DNA of 64,000 nt, taken from the NCBI GenBank assembly GCA_943704425.1, contig CALSCP010001313.1, forward strand, positions 1,308 to 65,307. Direction: 5' to 3'. Position numbers and translations under genes: made by a program. Numbering within the stretch: the stretch's first letter is position 1; each line of letters opens with the position of its first letter. The DNA comes from Ministeria vibrans ATCC 50519 (lineage: Eukaryota > Protista > Filasterea). The notes below the pieces were generated by a model that ran no database searches, was not told the DNA's origin, and saw only the letters and a program-made list of their open reading frames with translations. Shown piece by piece: positions 59,385-64,000 of this stretch.

Positions 59385-60273
59385 ATGCAACGGCCCACTG
59401 GACCAGCGCCGCCTGTTAGTGCTTCGGTAAGGGAACGATCTTCAACGTCGTTCTGAGTGCTTATGTTTTCTCTTGGAAAGGCATCGACGTGGAAAGAGCA
59501 CAAGACGGACGAAGGACGCACGTACTATTACAACACAGTCACAAAGCAGACGCAATGGGACAAGGTTTGTGTTCCGCGAAGGCGATTTAAAGGGTGAGTT
59601 TTGACATGCTGACGCGTTTGGTTGCTTGATAGCCTCCGGAGATGAAATCCCACGCGGAATTGCTGCTGTCGACGTGCCCCTGGAAGGAATTCAAGACGCC
59701 CGAAGGGAAGCCCTACTTTCACAACAGCACCACCAAGGAGACGGTCTGGAAGGTGCCCGACGAGCTGCAGCGCATTCGCGAGCAACTCGAAGCGGATCAG
59801 CAGCAGCGTGAAGCGCCCGCAGCCACCACTGCCGCCTCACTTGCCCTTGAAGGAGGCCCCGAGCCTGGCCAGGTTCCAGCGACCAAGCAATTTGCGTCGC
59901 ACGAAGAGGTAAATTCATTTTCTTGTCGAATTTTGCATCGTCAAGCTTTTGACCTTTCTTTGCACCAAGGCGCACGAAGCCTTTATTGGGATGCTAGACA
60001 CACACGATGTTGCTCACCTGCCCAAGTGGGAAGACGTACATCGTGTCGTGATGAACGACCCGCTCTTTTCAGCGCTGCACACCATGGCTGAACGCAAAGG
60101 CGCGTTTGCCGATTTTCGAGCACGAAAAGCACGCGAAGCTCGTGCTATCGAGGCGAAGAAGGCACGTGAGCTGTGCGAGCAGCTGAAAGAACACCTATTG
60201 AGTAAGTCTCCTTCACATTCTCTCGAGCGAACTTCTCTCCCCTTTCCCACACGCACACACACATAATAATTAT

Positions 60274-60315
<42 letters not shown>

Positions 60316-62218
60316 TATATTAATTATAATAATTATAATAGAGAGACGCCCACCCCACTCACAGACACACACACATACACACACACACACACACACAACG
60401 CAAACATACTACACTCACTTATTCAGCACGACGCACACTCAAAAATATATCATCTTCATTAAATGTGTGTCTTTGCCACCCCAAGATTACAAGTACATTT
60501 GGCCCGACATGCGGTTCGGAGAGTGCGCTGATCTGATGTCGGATGAGGCGGTATGGCGGGCGGTGGCGAACGAGCGCGATCGACGGGATGTCTTTGACGA
60601 TGTGGTGCGGCAACTAAAGCGACAACACCACGAGCGCGATCTGGAGCTGCGTCGCGAACGGTGGGTGCTCATTCGACGGGTCATTCTGAGTTTTGAACAA
60701 TTTGATGCGCACACGCCATGGGCGACAGCACGCCCCCTCATTCTGGCGCATGCTGATCTGCAGCCTGTGGCGGCACGCGGGAAGAAACTAGTCGAGGTGG
60801 AGGCAGAGGAAGAGGGAGGGGCGCCGTCGATGCGCGAGGTGGACGAGGACGAAGACGAGGCGGTGACGCGCCAGCGGACCGTCATGAAAGACTTTCATGA
60901 ACTCGATGTGCTTGTTGTGTGGGAGGAGGTGTCGCTTGAACGTGGCCGTGAGGAGGAGACGGTTATTCGCAAGGCACGCGATGTCGAGCGTACTCGCCAG
61001 CGCACCAACCGTGAGGCATTTCTGTCGCTTTTGGAAACGCTCGAGGCGGACCGTCGCATTCATGCCTCGTCCACCTGGAAGGAAACCTACCCGCTCATTC
61101 GCGACGATGCGCGCGTTGACGCTATGCTCGGCCAGCCGGGCTCGTCTCCGCTTGATCTGTTCAAGTTGCGTGTGCAAGAGATGCGCGACCGTGTGACGCG
61201 TGGCGCGCGCGACATTCGCACACTCGTGCACCACTGCGCGCCCGACTTTGTCTTCAGCGCCCGAACCTCACTGGCGCAACTGGAGGAACTGTTGGCAGCA
61301 ATTCCGTCTGTCAGCGCCGACGGCACAGCGGTGGCCCCAGCGGAGGCGGCGGCGGTGTCGTCGTCGTCGTCGTCGTCGTCGACCTCTGTCGCTGCACTTC
61401 CGACGCACATTGCCTCTCTTGTTGATCTGGTGCATCTACCGGTATTTTTGCGCGATCTCCCTATGGTATTTGAATACTTGCACGCCAAGGCTGAGCGCCG
61501 CGAAGAACAGGTTAGAACGGCTCTTAGTCGCGACTCGGAGCGCGTCAAGCGTCTTTTCCGACGGACTCTCGCACGCGCGGCCACGAGCGTACCCATCGAC
61601 CCCAATGCAGTTCCGTCATGGGCCGAGTACCGCCTCAATCTCAGTGCCGATGTCAATCTTGTCTTGGCTGCCATTGGCGAGGAAGAGTGTGCGAGCCTCT
61701 TTGCCAACTTCCTCAAAAACATCCCCGAGCCGGGCGAGCTCGGCAGCGACGACGACAACGATGCCAACGGAGACGCCGACCCTGCGAGCAAGGTCATGAT
61801 GGGCGCAGAAGTGACAGCGATCGTGTCAACAGGAGGTGGAGGAAAGAAGAAGGAGGAGTCGGGCGAAGTGGCCGCTGCCAAGCCCGTCTCGTCACTCAAC
61901 ATCTTCGAAGAGTTCGGCAGCGACGACGAAGATCATGACGGACGCGACTATGGTAGTGACGATGGGGGCGGTGGGCGTCGTCGCTCGTCCTCGTCCTACG
62001 GCGGCGCTACTTCGTCGCGCCACAGCCATAGCTATCGTGAGCACAGCCACCGTGAGCACAGCCATCATCACCACCAGAGCGAACGTCACCGACAAGGCCG
62101 TTCACACCACCGTCGCTCAAGTCGTTCTCCACCCCCTGCCTCGTACAAACGCTCTCGCCATGACTCGCGCGACCCCGATGACGACGTTGCTCGTTCAAAG
62201 CGCCAGCGTCCCGAATGA
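59385..62218 (+). CDS. PRPF40: Pre-mRNA-processing factor 40 (WW-WW-FF, RS-like tail), multi-exon
   Basis: [56 protein letters not shown] repeats, [14 protein letters not shown]. Confidence 0.9.
60264..60398. repeat. Intronic (AAT)n and (CA)n microsatellites
   Basis: Read directly from the sequence. Confidence 0.9.
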
Positions 62219-62355
62219 GAATGAGCCAATGAACTTAACAGCGCTTTGTTTTGTTGTCTTCTCTTGAATAGATTGCTACAGTTTCGTACAAATTTCATTT
62301 TTCTTTTTGTTGTCTCAGTTTCAGTTTCAGTTGGTTGTTGTTGTGTGTCGTGCTC

Positions 62356-63300
62356 TCATCGAACAATTTTTTCTGGAGCATCGTCAGCGAGCTGTTGAGC
62401 GTTCGCTGGGTCGGGCATTAGAATCGCCGAAACATTCCCTGTGCTGTCGTTTAAGTCGACACTGTCGTTGGAGTCATGAGAGTCGACGAAGGGACGACGC
62501 AAACTCTGGAGGAACTGTCGTTGTTGCTGCTGCAGAGCTGATTGTCGTTGCGAAGCGTCGAGTTGATCAAAGTGCACCAGGTGGCTTCGCGAAAGAGCCA
62601 AGGGAGAATAGGCGGGAGGCGGAGGGGGCGGAGGAGGACGCGTGAAGAGACCCTCAGTCAGGGCTCGTCGGGGTCTGGCAGGCGCAAACAAGTCAATGTC
62701 AAAGATTCCCTCTCGCTCCTGCCGTCTGATCGGAGCACGCATGCGCATGCTCGCCTCCGGCTCCGGTGTCTCGTCGCCGTCATCGTCCAAAGCTCTTCTT
62801 CTTCGAAAATGTTGCGAATTGACAAGGACATCGCGCTCCGCAAGGCGTCGAGCAAAGTATCGATAGGTGGTTGCAGACGGCACGCCTAGCACTCCATCAT
62901 GGGGTGGCTGCAGCGACGACGACGCTGAGGAGGCGGAAGAGGCGAGAGGAACGCCGTCGGGTGAGAGAGGGGAGCCGTCGGAGTCGGTAAGGACGCGCGA
63001 GGGTAACAGCGCCGACGCGTGTGCCGACACGGCGACTCGGCGAAGAAGGCGCGCATGACGGTCGCGTCCTATGCGACCCGAGGCAAGCGGCGTCGAGCGG
63101 GAGGTGACAAATGGACGTGGACGACGCGTCACAAACGCAAACGCCTCTTGCGGGGGGAGGTCGCTCGACGCCACTGGCTGGCTATCGATGCTACTGTCGC
63201 TACTATCGCCCAGGTCGTGTGGCATACTGTGGAGAAAATAGTTTATTGTAGTGAGTAGGTCTACTAGGTCAGACGAACTTTGTTCGACTCTTAAAATCAT
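62356..63300 (-). CDS. Hypothetical low-complexity (S/R/P/D-rich) protein
   Basis: Long GC-rich open frame convergent with PRP40; the start could instead be 63225; no domain recognised. Confidence 0.5.
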   Translation of the reverse strand: MILRVEQSSSDLVDLLTTINYFLHSMPHDLGDSSDSSIDSQPVASSDLPPQEAFAFVTRRPRPFVTSRSTPLASGRIGRDRHARLLRRVAVSAHASALLPSRVLTDSDGSPLSPDGVPLASSASSASSSLQPPHDGVLGVPSATTYRYFARRLAERDVLVNSQHFRRRRALDDDGDETPEPEASMRMRAPIRRQEREGIFDIDLFAPARPRRALTEGLFTRPPPPPPPPAYSPLALSRSHLVHFDQLDASQRQSALQQQQRQFLQSLRRPFVDSHDSNDSVDLNDSTGNVSAILMPDPANAQQLADDAPEKIVR

Positions 63301-63397
63301 ACACTCTACTTGAACTCCAGACACTTGTCAATTCAAATTGCTGATCACTCTGCAGCCTGTACTGAGTACTCATACGTGTCATTATTTATTTGTCTCA

Positions 63398-63889
63398 ATG
63401 GGAGACGCCTCGGTGCCCCGCACGCCCAAGGAGATTGAGGCGGCGTCGCTTCGTCGCGCGCACAAACTGGATGAGGCCATTGCGTTTCAGCGTGAGGCAC
63501 TCGAACCGTTCACTCAGCTGATCCAGTCGAGCGCCGAGGACGGGCCACTCGCCACAAGCGTCATTGATGTGTCGTTGACGACGGCCGGGGCGGGCGGCAG
63601 TGCGTTCGACCAGCGACGAGGCAGTGCCAATGCGTCGTCCGCCGCCAACGAAGGATCCAAAGTCAAGCGCCTCTTTGCTCGATTCCGAGACAACAAGTCG
63701 ACGCGGTCACGCAGCAACAGCGATTCGGACGTGGGCGCGTCGTTGGAGGCGGCCGAGTCCGCTCTGGCCAGCCACAGCGACTCCTTCAACACCATGTTCA
63801 TCTCCTCTCCCGAGTCGCAAGTCGTCATTTGCGCTCGCCTGCTCAACGGCCTTGCCGTCATGCTCAGAGAAACGGGTGCCATGCATGAG
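63398..63889 (+). CDS. First exon of a probable TPR-containing protein (continues off the window's right edge)
   Basis: MGDASVPRTP..HKLDEAIAFQREAL..ARLLNGLAVMLRETGAMHE then a GT donor and pyrimidine tract; NxLAxxxxxxG is TPR-like. Confidence 0.55.
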
Positions 63890-64000
63890 GTAGTCATTCC
63901 CGCCGCGATTGCTCCCTTCCTTTCCATACTTTCACTTTTGTGGTCTGCGTCTGCTTTTTTTTCTTCGTTCTTTTTTTTTTTTTTTCGTGTTGTCGCGTTG

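Overview
This window is from a gene-dense, intron-rich eukaryotic nuclear genome, not a prokaryote: it has GT-AG introns, CT/CA microsatellites and intergenic gaps of 30-200 bp. About 33 spliced or intronless genes can be reconstructed by hand. Housekeeping genes include TKT, APC13, SKA1, RPB5, Brr2, HAUS1, MINDY, NAA10, IMP3, IDH, ECI2, NNT and PRP40. A set of 'animal-type' regulators (Tks/p47phox-like, KLF-like, CSRNP-like, ASPP-like, NAA80, POMK-like, Notch-type EGF protein) suggests a unicellular holozoan (inference). Two candidate novel systems stand out. (1) An intronless gene at 34853-37339 fuses a degenerate giant-virus-type nucleic-acid methyltransferase fold, a bipartite NLS and a PLP enzyme of the type used in phage base hypermodification; it lies tail-to-tail with an intronless Nudix gene. 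(2) A convergent pair of type II membrane enzymes at 7755-10460, a WbdD-like methyltransferase and a POMK-like sugar kinase, could form a eukaryotic methyl-phosphate glycan-capping module. Two places (24.9-31.4 kb and about 43.5 kb) show genes broken at CT/TATCACTTTGT repeats, most likely assembly misjoins. All family assignments come from motif recognition by eye and recalled family sequences; no searches were run, and exon boundaries are manual predictions.
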